Of a DNA stretch of 64,000 bases, positions 51,300 through 62,320 are shown piece by piece; the stretch's first letter is position 1, and the number at the start of each line of letters is the position of its first letter. The notes beneath the pieces are model-generated. The model was not told the DNA's origin. It did not search any database and saw nothing but the letters and a program-made list of their open reading frames with translations. Location of the stretch: positions 185,421-249,420 of the forward strand of contig CAWFAD010000012.1 in assembly GCA_963813815.1 (NCBI GenBank), written 5' to 3'. This stretch comes from an uncultured bacterium (GTDB lineage Bacteria > Krumholzibacteriota > Krumholzibacteriia > Krumholzibacteriales > Krumholzibacteriaceae). The position numbers and the translations under genes are program-made.

Positions 51300-53072
51300 T
51301 CAGGAGCGACGGAGCAGCGCGCCGAGCGCCGCGATCGCGGCGCCCCCGAGCCCGAGCAGAAGCGCGCCGTGTCCGTGGCGTCCGAGGACGACGGCACCGA
51401 TGCCGAAAAGAATGAGGTAGAGAGCGGCGACGCCGCAGACGATTCGCAGCGCCGTTCCCGCGCCGGGCCCGGCGGAGGGCACGCCCGGAAGGGCGCGGCT
51501 CACCTCGCGCCATCCCGGCCCCCCGGGATAGCAGCGTTCGTAGAACCGCAGGAGATGCTCGCGACGAACCGGCTTCGTGAGGAGAGTCACCGCGATCCAG
51601 ACGGGAGTCGTAACGAGAACGGTGAGCGCCGTCGAATAGGGAAACCGGACAGCCGCGAGCGATCCGTAGCGCTCGCTCGAGGCGAGCGCCCCGATGACGA
51701 AGGTGCACACCAGCGCCGCCGCCATGGCCGAGATCTCGGACCACGCGTTGACGCGCCACCAGTACCAGCGGGCGATGTAAACCGATCCGACCCCCGCCGT
51801 CACCGAGATGATGAGCTTCCAGGCGAACGAGATGTCGTCGATGGCGAAGGAGGCGAGCGCCCCGAGGATCGCGAGCGCCACGACCGACGCCTGCGCGGCG
51901 GCGAGATACTGCCGCTCCGATCTGCCCTTCCAGACGAAGCGCCGCAGGAAATCGTTGACGACGAGCGACGCCCCCCAGTTGAGCTGGGTGCTCTCCGTCG
52001 ACATGAAGGCCGCGAAGAACGAGGCGAGCACGAGGCCGAAGATTCCCGGCACGAGCACGGCTCGCATCACCATCGGGTAGAGGCGCTCGGGATCGTCGAC
52101 CTTGCCGTAGAACGCCATTCCGCACAGGCCGACGACGATCCAGGGCCAGGGACGGAGCGCCACGTGCGCGACGCTGTACCAGAGATATCCGAACACGGAA
52201 TGCCGCTCGTTTTTGGCGGCGAAGAGGCGCTGGGCGAGGTACCCCCCGCCGTCGATCGTGTAGGAAGACCACCACACGACGAGGACGAGGATGAGAAACT
52301 CCCAAAAGGGGCCCGCCGCCGCGAGGGAGGAGGCCGCGGGTATCATGCGAAACGTCTCTTCGACGGAGAATCCGTTCGCCGCGATGCTCTCCCGGATCGG
52401 TCCCCATCCCCCCGCCGCGCGGAAGGCGAGGCTCGCCGTGGCGATGCATCCGCTCATGGCGAGCACGAACTGAAAGAAATCGGTGACGACGACTCCCCAG
52501 AGTCCCGAGATCGTCGTGTAGCCGACGGTGACGATGAAGAGGGCGAGGACGGCGAACGATTCCGCCTCCATGCCCATGATCGTCTTCGACTCGTCCCAGC
52601 CCATGACGACCACGACGATCTTCACCATCGCCTTCATGACCCACGCGATGATGAGGATGTTTTGCAGGACGCCGAACCAGATCACACGATAGCAGCGCAG
52701 GAAGGCGGCCGGGCGCCCGTCGTAGCGCAGCTCGATGAGCTCGGCGTCCGTCGTGATCCGCGCCCGGTGCCACAGCCCGGCGAAGAGGAACACGGTCACG
52801 ATTCCGCCGATCCCCCACTGCCACCAGAGCCAGTTCTGCCAGATGCCGCCCTTGGCGACGAGCCCCGAGACGACGAGCGGGGTATCCGCGGCGAAGGTCG
52901 TCGCGACCATGGAGGTCCCGATGAGCCACCAGGGAAGCGATCGGCCCGAGACGAAATACTCCTCGGTGCTGCGCCGCGCCCGCTTCGCGAGCAGCAGGCC
53001 CACGACGAACGAGGCGACGAGGTACGCCGCGATGATGAGGATGTCGACCGGGGCGAGGTGCATGCGATTCAT
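51300..53072 (-). CDS. Sodium:solute symporter family protein
   Basis: EYFVSGRSLPWW, SMVATTFAADTPL, QRLFAAK, AAFMST. Confidence 0.92.
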   Translation of the reverse strand: MNRMHLAPVDILIIAAYLVASFVVGLLLAKRARRSTEEYFVSGRSLPWWLIGTSMVATTFAADTPLVVSGLVAKGGIWQNWLWWQWGIGGIVTVFLFAGLWHRARITTDAELIELRYDGRPAAFLRCYRVIWFGVLQNILIIAWVMKAMVKIVVVVMGWDESKTIMGMEAESFAVLALFIVTVGYTTISGLWGVVVTDFFQFVLAMSGCIATASLAFRAAGGWGPIRESIAANGFSVEETFRMIPAASSLAAAGPFWEFLILVLVVWWSSYTIDGGGYLAQRLFAAKNERHSVFGYLWYSVAHVALRPWPWIVVGLCGMAFYGKVDDPERLYPMVMRAVLVPGIFGLVLASFFAAFMSTESTQLNWGASLVVNDFLRRFVWKGRSERQYLAAAQASVVALAILGALASFAIDDISFAWKLIISVTAGVGSVYIARWYWWRVNAWSEISAMAAALVCTFVIGALASSERYGSLAAVRFPYSTALTVLVTTPVWIAVTLLTKPVRREHLLRFYERCYPGGPGWREVSRALPGVPSAGPGAGTALRIVCGVAALYLILFGIGAVVLGRHGHGALLLGLGGAAIAALGALLRRS

Positions 53073-53078
53073 GGCGTC

Positions 53079-54476
53079 TTAGCTCCGCGCCTCCTCTCCG
53101 TTCGCCGGCCGGTCGCCGGCGAATCGGTCGTAGACGAAGAGGGCGGCGAGCGACGCGGCGCCGATGGCCGCGAACGTGAACCACATGACGCGCGGTTCAC
53201 GCGCGCCCGTTTCGGGGATGTACCGCATGACGAGGTACGCCGAGAGCGGCGCCCCGGCGCTGTTGGCGATGAAGCTCCGGAGGTACGAGTACCCGAGATA
53301 GAGACCGACCTTGCCCTTCGGCGCGAGACTCGCCACGTAATCGAGAAAACGGGGGGCGAAGGTCATCTCGCCGATGGCGAAGGTGGCGATCGCGATGCAG
53401 GCCCCCCAGAGCGTGGGGACGAGCCCGAGAATCGCCATGGCGGCCGTGGAGATCCCCATGCCGAGGGCCATCGTCGCCACGGGCCGCATCCTCGACACGG
53501 CCCAGGCGACCGGCATCTGCAGGAGAATGATCATGCCCGGATTGATGGCGACGATCCACTCCATGGGCGCGCGCTCGGAGATGTGGCGCACAATGTAGAA
53601 CGGAACCGAGAGATAGAGCTGCCAGAACATGAGATCGAAGCCGGCGAAGATCAGTATGAACGCCATGAACTTCCTGTCGGCCAGCACCCGAAACATGTCG
53701 GCGAAGGTCCGCTTCGTCGAGCGGACCGGCTCTCCCGAGCGATCCGGCTCCCGGTACGCGAGCGCGGTGAAGAGGAGCGCCGCGAGCGCCATCGCCATCG
53801 AGAAGAAGCAGATGACCTGCATCCCGAAGCCCTGCCACTTCAGCATCTCGACGAAGGACTCGGGCGTCATCGGCGGCGTCTGCCCGGCCGCCCGGGCCGC
53901 GATCTCCGGCGTGACGGAGAAGGGCGGCACGCGGGAGATGACCCAATCCCGCAGCGACGCGAACTGCGAATGGGAGAGCCATCCCCCGAGATCCTGGCGA
54001 AGCGCCTTGGCGATGATCTTCCCGGAAAATCCGCCGACGTTGACCATCATGTAGAAGATCGAGAATCCGAACTTCGAGAGGTCGCCGGGGGACGTTTTCT
54101 TCACCGTGCCGGAGATGACCGGCTTGACGAAAGAGCCTCCCGCGGCGATGAGAAAGAGCGCGACAAGGGCCGTCGTCTTCGAGGGGAACGCGCCGAGCAC
54201 GCCGTACCCGGCGGCCAGGGCCCCGAAGGCGATGAAGAGGCCCTTTCGGAATCCGATCGTGTCGGAGATCGCCCCCGCCGGAATCGGCAGCAGGTAGAGG
54301 GACGAGATGAAGATGGACGTGATCGCGACCGCGGCGGCGTCGTCGTATCCGACGCGCCGCGTCAGATAGATCGCGAGCACGATGTTCATGCCGTAGTACG
54401 CGATCCGCTCGAGGAGCTCGATCGCGTTGGCCGCCCAGAAGGTGCGGGGGAACCGTCTGATGTCCGCCATCGCCAT
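53079..54476 (-). CDS. MFS transporter, POT/peptide transporter-like
   Basis: ELLERIAYYG (ExxER), FVKP, FSIFYMMVNVGG, GEM..P. Confidence 0.85.
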   Translation of the reverse strand: MAMADIRRFPRTFWAANAIELLERIAYYGMNIVLAIYLTRRVGYDDAAAVAITSIFISSLYLLPIPAGAISDTIGFRKGLFIAFGALAAGYGVLGAFPSKTTALVALFLIAAGGSFVKPVISGTVKKTSPGDLSKFGFSIFYMMVNVGGFSGKIIAKALRQDLGGWLSHSQFASLRDWVISRVPPFSVTPEIAARAAGQTPPMTPESFVEMLKWQGFGMQVICFFSMAMALAALLFTALAYREPDRSGEPVRSTKRTFADMFRVLADRKFMAFILIFAGFDLMFWQLYLSVPFYIVRHISERAPMEWIVAINPGMIILLQMPVAWAVSRMRPVATMALGMGISTAAMAILGLVPTLWGACIAIATFAIGEMTFAPRFLDYVASLAPKGKVGLYLGYSYLRSFIANSAGAPLSAYLVMRYIPETGAREPRVMWFTFAAIGAASLAALFVYDRFAGDRPANGEEARS

Positions 54477-54550
54477 GCCGAGGGCCTCCCGCGGCCGGAC
54501 GCCGGCGCCGCGGGGCCGCCGAGGGGCCCCGGGCGGAACGGAGCCCAGCC

Positions 54551-55342
54551 TCAGAACGATACGTGAACGCCGAGCGAGATCCCGTATCCGGTGAGATCGA
54601 CCGAGCCTTCCCCCGCCCCGGCCGCGTCATCGACCCCCACGGGGCCGTAAATCATGTACCCCCCGTCTCCCTCGTAGAAGCCGAGGATGACATCCGCCGT
54701 TTCGCCGTCCGTGCTCGTCGCGGTTCCCTCGAAGCCGGTGATCTTCGCGTAGCGGCCCTCGACCGCGAGCTCGATGCCCACCATCGGCGCGACGCTGAAG
54801 GAAAGCCCCACTCCGCCGTGCGCGCCGAATCCCCAGGACGACAGATCGGCGTCGTACCCGAAAATATCCCCGACCCCGCCGACGCGCTCCTCGAAGGTGA
54901 GCTTCGTGTAGTAGGCGCCGCCACCCGCGAAGGCGAACGGCTTCGCGAAGCCGAGCAGCGCCGGAACGTCCGCGTAGAGCGTCGCCGTGATGGGGTACGC
55001 CTTGACCGCGTGCTCGAACGAGAAGGTCGATCCCTCCGCGGTGAACTCGAACGACGACGAGCCCCAGAGCATCCCGGCGCCCGCTCCGATCGAGAGCGTC
55101 GGGATGACGTGATGGGTCGCCTCGATCCCGATCTCGGGAATCCAGTGGATCGAGCCGAGCTCGCCGGTCATCGCCGGATCGGCCGCGATGAGATCGTTGA
55201 CGCCGTCCACGAATTCGTTGTAATCGCCGTAGGCGATCCGCGTGTAACCGCCGGTCACGCGGAGACCGACGGCGCCCGCCTGGCCCGCCGCGCACAGAAC
55301 GATGACGAGACACGATGCGAGGGTTCTCTTCCGAAGCGTCAT
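54551..55342 (-). CDS. Outer-membrane beta-barrel protein
   Basis: Signal peptide; amphipathic strands (KPFAFAGGGAYY); C-terminal LGVHVSF; start 55342 or 55348. Confidence 0.75.
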   Translation of the reverse strand: MTLRKRTLASCLVIVLCAAGQAGAVGLRVTGGYTRIAYGDYNEFVDGVNDLIAADPAMTGELGSIHWIPEIGIEATHHVIPTLSIGAGAGMLWGSSSFEFTAEGSTFSFEHAVKAYPITATLYADVPALLGFAKPFAFAGGGAYYTKLTFEERVGGVGDIFGYDADLSSWGFGAHGGVGLSFSVAPMVGIELAVEGRYAKITGFEGTATSTDGETADVILGFYEGDGGYMIYGPVGVDDAAGAGEGSVDLTGYGISLGVHVSF

Positions 55343-55395
55343 GGACATCTCCCTTTCTCCCGGCTTCGCCCGGCGGCGCCCGTCCGGGGCGCCGG

Positions 55396-56076
55396 TCATT
55401 TCTTCTCCTTGAGGGTCTTGATCTTCTGGATATCGAGACGCTTGCCGATCACGATGAGAATGTCGCTGTCCTTGATGACGAAGCTCGCCGGCGGCACGAG
55501 GATGAAGTTCTCCGGCACGAGCTCCTTGATCCCGATGACCGTGATGCCGTACCGCGACCGCAGCTGCAGCTCGGCGAGGCTCTTGCCGACGAAGGCCTCG
55601 AGCGGCGCTATCTCGGCGATGAGGAAATCGCCCGACATGGGGATGTAATCGAGAACGTCGGGCGTCGAGAGGCTCCGGGCGACCTTGATCGCCATGTCCT
55701 TCTCGGGATGAATGACGTCCGTGGCGCCCACCTTGCTCAGAATCTTCCCGTGATCCTCGCCCGACGCCTTGACGACGATCCGTTTCACGCCGAGCTCGCG
55801 CAGGTAGAGCGTGATGAGCGTCGCGGCGTTTTGGTTGTCGCCCATGCTGACGATCACGGCGTCCATCCCCTCGAGCCCGAGCGTCCGAATCATGTCCTTC
55901 TGCGTCGCGTCCGCGAGTATCGCCTGCGTGCAGTACGGCTGCACCCGCTGGATGGCGTCCTCGTCCCGGTCGATCGCGACCACGTCGTGCCCCTCCTCGA
56001 AGAGGGTTTTCGTCACGTTGAGCCCGAAGTTGCCGAGCCCGATCGTCGCGTATTGTTTGCCCATGACCCCTTGCAC
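55396..56076 (-). CDS. ktrA: TrkA/KtrA-family K+ uptake regulatory subunit (RCK_N + RCK_C)
   Basis: IGLGNFG, HDVVAID, VIHPEKDMA, VGKSLAELQLRSRYG; start 56076 or 56064. Confidence 0.9.
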   Translation of the reverse strand: MQGVMGKQYATIGLGNFGLNVTKTLFEEGHDVVAIDRDEDAIQRVQPYCTQAILADATQKDMIRTLGLEGMDAVIVSMGDNQNAATLITLYLRELGVKRIVVKASGEDHGKILSKVGATDVIHPEKDMAIKVARSLSTPDVLDYIPMSGDFLIAEIAPLEAFVGKSLAELQLRSRYGITVIGIKELVPENFILVPPASFVIKDSDILIVIGKRLDIQKIKTLKEKK

Positions 56077-56097
56077 ACTCCTTCCGGCGGCCGCCGG

Positions 56098-57513
56098 CTA
56101 ACCGATCATGACCCTTCCCTCGCCGTACTGGAACGGCGCCGCCACGCGGCGCGAGGTGACGACGTACGCCACGGTCAGGAGCCCCACGCGTCCGAGCAGC
56201 ATGAGCACGATGATGATGAGCTTGCCCGTCGCCGTGAGCGCCGGAGTGACGCCCATCGACAATCCCACCGTACCGAACGCGGATACGGCCTCGAAGACGT
56301 ACGTGAGAAAATACTCGCGCGGCGGCGGCTGCTGCGTGATGAGCAGCAGAACGATCCCGGCCGTGAGCGTGATGACGGCGAGGATGAACACGGCGAGCGC
56401 GCGCGACACCGTCTCGTCCGGGATCGTCCGGCGGAAGAGGCTCGTCACCGCGCGGCCGCGGATGCGGCTCGAGAGAATGGCGACGAGAACGGCGAGCGAC
56501 GTCGTTTTGATGCCCCCTCCGCACGAACCGGGGCTCGCCCCGATGAACATGAGCATGACGAGCACGAAGAGCGTCGCGACGGCCAGGGAGCCGGTATCGA
56601 GGGTGTTGAATCCCGCCGTCCGCGCCGTGATCGACTGAAACAGCGAGGCGAGCACCTTCTCCCCCATGGGGAGCCCGGCGAGGGCGCTTTGATACTCGAG
56701 CGCGAAGACGAGCACCGCCCCGGCGAGGATGAGCACCGCCGTCATCGTGAGCACGGCGCGCGTGTGAAGCGACAGGGCGACGCGGCGGCGCTGGCGCCTC
56801 GCGCGGATACGGCCCGCGATCTCGTGAATGACCGGAAAACCGATCCCGCCGAGCACGATGAGGCAGCAGATCGTCGCATTGAAAAGCACGTCGCCGCGAT
56901 ACCGGACGAAGTTCGTGTCGAAAAAAGAGAAGCCGGCGTTGCAGAAAGCCGACACCGAGTGAAACGCGCCGGCGAAGAGCGCCTGCCCGGCGGCCATCTC
57001 GCCGCGCCAGTCGAGAAAGAGAATCAACCCGCCCAGACATTCGACGAGCAGCGTAAAGAGAAAGATCGAGGCGAGCAGGCTCGGGACGTTGCGTATCGGC
57101 GAGGGGGTGAAGCCCTCCGTGATGATCCAGCGGCCCCGCGCGCTGAATCCGCGGCCGAGGAAGAGAAAGAAGAGAACCGAAAAGGTCATCACGCCGAGCC
57201 CGCCCAATTGCATGAGCAGGAGAATGATCGTCTTGCCGAACGCCGTGAAGGTCGTCCCCGTGTCGACGACGTTGAGGCCGGTGACGCAGAGCGCCGAGGT
57301 GGCCGTGAAAAGGGCGTCGACGGCCCCGATCGGATCGCCGGCGGAGGCGATGGGCAGCGACAGGAGCAGCGTTCCGGTGAGGATCGCGAGGACATAGCTG
57401 TAGATGATGATCGCCGCGGGATGGAGCGTCCGGAAATACCGCGCGAGCCGGTTTCGGCTCGCCCGGCGGGTTCCCGGCATTCCCTCCTCGAGCATGGCGA
57501 TGAGCTCTTTCAT
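56098..57513 (-). CDS. ktrB: TrkH/KtrB-family K+ uptake membrane subunit
   Basis: TATSALCVTGL, SAFCNAGF, TARTAGF, GASPGSCGGGIKTT, SAFGTVGLS; start 57513 or 57480. Confidence 0.92.
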   Translation of the reverse strand: MKELIAMLEEGMPGTRRASRNRLARYFRTLHPAAIIIYSYVLAILTGTLLLSLPIASAGDPIGAVDALFTATSALCVTGLNVVDTGTTFTAFGKTIILLLMQLGGLGVMTFSVLFFLFLGRGFSARGRWIITEGFTPSPIRNVPSLLASIFLFTLLVECLGGLILFLDWRGEMAAGQALFAGAFHSVSAFCNAGFSFFDTNFVRYRGDVLFNATICCLIVLGGIGFPVIHEIAGRIRARRQRRRVALSLHTRAVLTMTAVLILAGAVLVFALEYQSALAGLPMGEKVLASLFQSITARTAGFNTLDTGSLAVATLFVLVMLMFIGASPGSCGGGIKTTSLAVLVAILSSRIRGRAVTSLFRRTIPDETVSRALAVFILAVITLTAGIVLLLITQQPPPREYFLTYVFEAVSAFGTVGLSMGVTPALTATGKLIIIVLMLLGRVGLLTVAYVVTSRRVAAPFQYGEGRVMIG

Positions 57514-57851
57514 TTCACGAACCCGATGCGCCCTTCCCGCCCGGCGCGCTCGCCGAGCACCGCCTCTCCTGCGCCGGGCGCCTCCCCCTCCGTGAATCGC
57601 ACGACGGTGTGCACGATGCGCCAGGGAATGAGGAGGTTCGCGACGCTCCGCTTCGGTTTCTGGCGACGCTTCGGAATGTATTGCCCTTCCGTCGTTCGCA
57701 CCTCGATCGTGACGAAGTTCCGGTTTTCCACCCACATGCCGATCTCATCGACCGCCACGACGCGGCAGAACACCGGCCCCTCCGCCGGAAAGCCGGCGAA
57801 GGAAAGCCCCTCGTTGTCCACGAGCTTCACGAGCACGGTCTCGCCGATCAT
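57510..57851 (-). CDS. Small hypothetical protein, possible Sm/Hfq-like fold
   Basis: Beta-rich pattern VLVKL..CRVVAVDEIGMWVE..LLIPWRIVHTVV; stop overlaps the ktrB ATG; start uncertain. Confidence 0.55.
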   Translation of the reverse strand: MIGETVLVKLVDNEGLSFAGFPAEGPVFCRVVAVDEIGMWVENRNFVTIEVRTTEGQYIPKRRQKPKRSVANLLIPWRIVHTVVRFTEGEAPGAGEAVLGERAGREGRIGFVK

Positions 57852-57989
57852 ATCCCGCGCATCTTCCATGCCGGGCATCCTTTCTCGAGCCGGGAGCGCC
57901 CTTGATCCGCCCGAGCGACGATTGTGGGGGGTCGAAGCGAAAATTTCAAACAAAAACGGCGGCCGGCCTGCGCGGGGACGCCCCGCCCA

Positions 57990-59654
57990 TCAGGTCCGGC
58001 CCGGCCGGGACCGGCCGACGAGGGCGAAATAGAGGCGGGTCGCCTCCCCCGGGGCGTCGAGGCGGCGGCGGTGGAGGGCCCGCATCTCCGCCGGCGACAG
58101 CCGCCCCTCGAGCACGAGACGGTGCAACCCGCCGGCGAGGCGCGCTCCGAGCGCGCGCTCGATCGCGGGCCGCGCCCCGGGGCCGAGCGCGAAGATGCGC
58201 CGCAGCGGGCGCGTCATCCGCGGGACCTTCGGGGCGGCGCCCTCGCGCCCGGCGTGATACCTCGCGAGCCTCTCGATCGTCCGGCGTTCGCTCGAAACGC
58301 GCCGGTCGCCGCAACCGGATTGCGGGCCCGAGCCGCCGGCCGTGCCGCCCGAAGGAGCGGCCTCGTGGGAGTTCCCCGCGGGGTTCATCATCTCGGCGGC
58401 GAGGCAGACGAGCGCCTCGTCGATCACCCCGCGGTAAAAGGCGTCGGCTCCGGACGGCGCCGAATGGGGCCCGCGATTGATGTCGTCCCGCATCGCGTGG
58501 ACCACGAACCGCGCCGCCTCCCGGATGGCGGCCGAACGATCGAACGCCGTGACGAGCAGGGCGTTCTCGGCGGGAACGTACGCCGCGCCCCCGGTCCGCA
58601 GCCGCTCGAGAACGCGCAGGATCTCGCGCGGGCCGACCCGGCGCGAGCGGAGATAGGACGAGAAGGCCTGATAGGTTCTGCGGAAGTGAACCTCGGGGAG
58701 CGCGTCGCCGACCGGCGCGCGCCAGCCATTCCGGATCGTCACCCGCCGCTTCATGCCGCCGGTGTCGAGGAGGCCGATGAGGCTCCGGATCGAGTCGTGC
58801 ACGAACGGCGTGTATTGGTCTCCATCCTCCCCCTCCGCCCAGACGTCGATAATGTCGCGGTACGCCTGATACTTGAGAAGCGGAGAGGTAGTGAGGAGGC
58901 AGAAGCGCGAGCGGTCGATCTCGACCGCTTCCGCGTCCCCGCGCCCGGCCCGCAGCAGATCCCAGTGGATGTCGTCGACGTTCTGCACGACGATCGTTTC
59001 GCGAAACCTCTCTCCGGCCGCCGACCTGACCGCGTCGGGCAGATGGAGGGAAGCGAGATGCGACTCGCCCACGACGACGAGTATCACGTGCCCCGGAAAG
59101 AACCGTCGGATCGTAGCTATCCGCCGGGCCGCGAGGCGATCGCGCCGGCGGATGTAGCGGAGGTTCTCCCGCGGTCCGGAATCGATGCCGAAGATCGGTA
59201 TGAAGGGATCCTTGGCGAGCTCGAAGAAGCGGCGGAAGCTCTTCCAGTCGAATCCCCATTCGGACCGGTAGTCGATCGCCTCGAGAAACTCCTCCTCCGT
59301 CATGCTCCCCTGCATCCACCGGTCGAGGTGCTCCTGCTGGTGGACGTAGAGCATCTCGAGGGCGAGCACGACAGGCCTCCCACGGGAGGAGAGATCGCGC
59401 ATGAAGCGCAGCGCCCAATCCTGGCTCGACTCGAGCGGGTGATAGTCGCCGAAGTAGACGATGTCGGATTTCGCGGCCCTGTCGATCACGGCCTCCGCCG
59501 TCACGACGCGCCGAAAATCGCGAAACTCAGCGTTGAACTCCTTGATGTAGAGCGAATTATGGGTCTTGTCGACGCCGAAAATCTCCCGCTTGAGGCGCGA
59601 AATGAGGCGCCGCTGCGTCTCTATCTCGCGCTCGATAACCGCGGTCGCCGCCAC
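57990..59654 (-). CDS. ChaN-like domain protein with C-terminal extension
   Basis: DIVYFGDYH, LALEM..QEHLDRW, RRRD, VVVGESHL; AAGGAGG RBS before the GTG at 59654. Confidence 0.7.
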   Translation of the reverse strand: MAATAVIEREIETQRRLISRLKREIFGVDKTHNSLYIKEFNAEFRDFRRVVTAEAVIDRAAKSDIVYFGDYHPLESSQDWALRFMRDLSSRGRPVVLALEMLYVHQQEHLDRWMQGSMTEEEFLEAIDYRSEWGFDWKSFRRFFELAKDPFIPIFGIDSGPRENLRYIRRRDRLAARRIATIRRFFPGHVILVVVGESHLASLHLPDAVRSAAGERFRETIVVQNVDDIHWDLLRAGRGDAEAVEIDRSRFCLLTTSPLLKYQAYRDIIDVWAEGEDGDQYTPFVHDSIRSLIGLLDTGGMKRRVTIRNGWRAPVGDALPEVHFRRTYQAFSSYLRSRRVGPREILRVLERLRTGGAAYVPAENALLVTAFDRSAAIREAARFVVHAMRDDINRGPHSAPSGADAFYRGVIDEALVCLAAEMMNPAGNSHEAAPSGGTAGGSGPQSGCGDRRVSSERRTIERLARYHAGREGAAPKVPRMTRPLRRIFALGPGARPAIERALGARLAGGLHRLVLEGRLSPAEMRALHRRRLDAPGEATRLYFALVGRSRPGRT

Positions 59655-59740
59655 AAGATGCCTCCTTTCCGCGCCCCGCCGAAATTTCCGTCGACAACGG
59701 CTCCGTTTCAATATAGCATGGCCCGTACCACGGAGGGTTT

Positions 59741-62018
59741 ATGAGCGCGCTTGGCGAGGAAAATATCCGCGCAATGGAGGCACTGTTCGCCCGGGCGGCC
59801 GGGGAAGGCCGGGGGAGCCTCCACGAGCACGAGGTGTACGCCGTCCTGAGCGCGGCGGGATTCCGGGTTCCCGCGGCGCGGTTCTTCGCGGAGCGGCGGG
59901 AGATCGACGACGACGCCATCGGCTCGCTCGGCGGCGCCGAGGTCGTCTGCAAGCTCATCTCCCCCGGCATGCCCCACCGGACCGAGCACGGCGGCGTGCG
60001 GTTCGTGCCGCGCTCGCGAAAGGCGCTCGCGCAGGTCTTCGACGATTTCGCGCGCATCGCCGCCTCCGCGGCCGTCGATTTCGCCGGCATGCTCGTCGCC
60101 GAGCTCGTGCAGGGCTCCGACTGCATCCCCCGCCAGCTTCTCCTCTCGCTGCGCCAGGACCCGTCGTTCGGCCCCGTGGTGTTCTGCGGCCTCGGCGGCG
60201 TCGGGACCGAGCTCTACCAGAGGAGCCTCCTGCCGGAAAAAGGGCTTTTCATGCGGGCGGCTTCCCTCGTGCGCGACCGCGCGGCCACGGAGAAGGCCCT
60301 CGGCGGGACCCTCTTCTATCCGATGATCACGGGCGCGACGCGCGGCAGCGCCGGCGCGCTCGTCGAGAAAGAAAAGCTCCTCGCCTCGCTCGAGGCGTTC
60401 GCCGAGATCGCGGAGCGCTTCTCGCATCGTTCGAAAGCGTCGCCCTACACGATCGAGGAGCTCGAGGTGAACCCCGTCCAGATAACCGCCGAGGGGGAGC
60501 TCGTCCCGCTCGACGCGCTCATGCGATTCTCGATGGAGAAGCATCTCGAGACGGGCCCGCCGGGGGAGCTCATCGACAGGCTGCTCCGGCCGAAGAGCGC
60601 GCTCGTCGTCGGCGCATCGGCGAACAAGATGAACACGGGGCGGATCATTCTCCGCAATCTCGTCAAGGGAGGCGGCGTCCCGCGCGACCGCATCTACTGC
60701 CTCCATCCCGACGCGGCCGAAATCGACGGCTGCCGGGCCTTCCCCGGCGTCGAGGCCCTCCCCGAGAAAACCGACATGACCGTTTTCACCGTGCCGGCGG
60801 ACGAGAAGGCCGCGGCGCTTCTCGACACTCTCATCGAGGACGATAAAACGTCGTCCATCACCGTCATCTCGGCGGGATTCGGCGAAACGGAGCGCGGGCG
60901 CGATCTCGAGGCGCGGCTCCGCGACACGATCCTCCGGGCCCGGTCGCGGCCCGGCGGGGGCGCGGCCGTGAACGGTCCGAACTGCATGGGGATCGTTTCG
61001 AAACCGGGGGGGTACAACACCTTTTTCATCCCCGAGCACAAGCTGCCGTTCCGGGGGGCGTACGGCGACCACTGCGCCGTCATCAGCCAGAGCGGCGCGT
61101 ACGTCGTCACGCTCATGAGCAACCTCGGACATCTCTTCAATCCGAGATACCTCATCACCTTCGGAAACCAGATCGACGTCACGGTGACCGATTACCTCCT
61201 CGCGTTCAAGAACGATCCCGGCATCGATCTCTTCGTTCTCTACATCGAGGGATTGCGGCCCTACGACGGCGAGCGTTTCCTCGCGGCGGCCCGCGAGATC
61301 GTCGGGAGCGGCAAGAGCATCATCCTGTACAAGGCGGGGCGAACGGCCGCCGGGGCGACGGCCGTGGCATCCCACACGGCCGCCATGGCGGGGGATTTCG
61401 CCGTGATGAAACGGCTTCTCGAGGAGGCCGGCGTCGTCCTGCTCGACGGCCTCGACGAGGTCGAGGACGCGATCAAGGTGTTCGTGCTGCTCCAGGGAAA
61501 GCGGGCGTCGGGACGCCGCGCGGGCATATTCTCCAACGCCGGGTTCGAATGCTCCGTCGCGGCGGACACGCTCGGCTCGCTCGAGCTCGCGCGGTTCTCG
61601 GAAGCGACGAGCAAGCGCCTGCGCGAGACTCTTCCCCCCGGTATCATCGACGTTCACAATCCGGTCGACGCGACGCCGCTCACGAACGCGGTGAACTACG
61701 GACGGTGCCTCGAGGCGATTCTGGCCGACGACGGGGTCGACTGTCTCATGGCGGCGAACGTCGCGCCGACGCCCTTCATGGAGAATCTTCCCGCGGGAGA
61801 GGGACACGCCGAGGACATCCGCCACGAGAACTCCTACCCGAACGTCACGATCCGCGTGTTCGCCGCCTCGACCAAACCGATGGTCGCATGTCTCAACTCC
61901 GGCCCCCTCTACGATCCGGCCGCCCGGATGATCGAGGATGCCGGCGTTCCGTAGCTTCAGGAAGATCGACCGCGCGATGAAGGCCCTCGATCTCTTCGTG
62001 CGCCAAACCCGCCGCTAG
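59741..62018 (+). CDS. ADP-forming acetate/acyl-CoA ligase, ATP-grasp N-terminal fusion; apparent +1 frameshift at ~61953
   Basis: KLISPGMPHRTEHGGV, DPSFGPVV, LEVNP, VVGAS, GPNCMG, SQSGA, ASHT (phospho-His), NPVD. Removing one A gives the typical tail VPCFRKIDRAMKAL..TAG 62018. Confidence 0.88.
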
Positions 62019-62205
62019 CGGCCGGCTCCCTTCCATCGCCCCTCCCCCCTTCTCCGGCTTTTGAACGCGCGGGAACAGCGTTTCCGGCGCCGTGAACGGG
62101 ACCGTTCATGTCTCGAGCCGGAGACGGCGACAGTTTGAATCATACAAACCGCATAACCAATTGCAAAGTAGCTATTTGTCGCCAATTCAACCGAGGCGAG
62201 GCGAC

Positions 62206-62221
62206 AGGCACCGCTTCTGCA
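62206..62221 (+). promoter_or_regulatory. Candidate sigma54 promoter
   Basis: AGGCAC-CGCTT-CTGCA (GG-N10-GC) after an AT-rich tract, upstream of the lipoprotein. Confidence 0.45.
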
Positions 62222-62320
62222 TAGGATAGGGGCAGGAGGGGCGATACTCCCAATATCCCATACCGAGCGACGCTCGATGTGAAACAGGCGACGAACCGGT
62301 GAACCATGGAGGGTGGTGTG

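Noticed and set aside
61952..61954. In-frame TAG near the end of the acyl-CoA ligase as possible pyrrolysine or read-through
   Set aside because: Read-through gives an implausible tail, whereas deleting one A restores the family-typical C-terminus.
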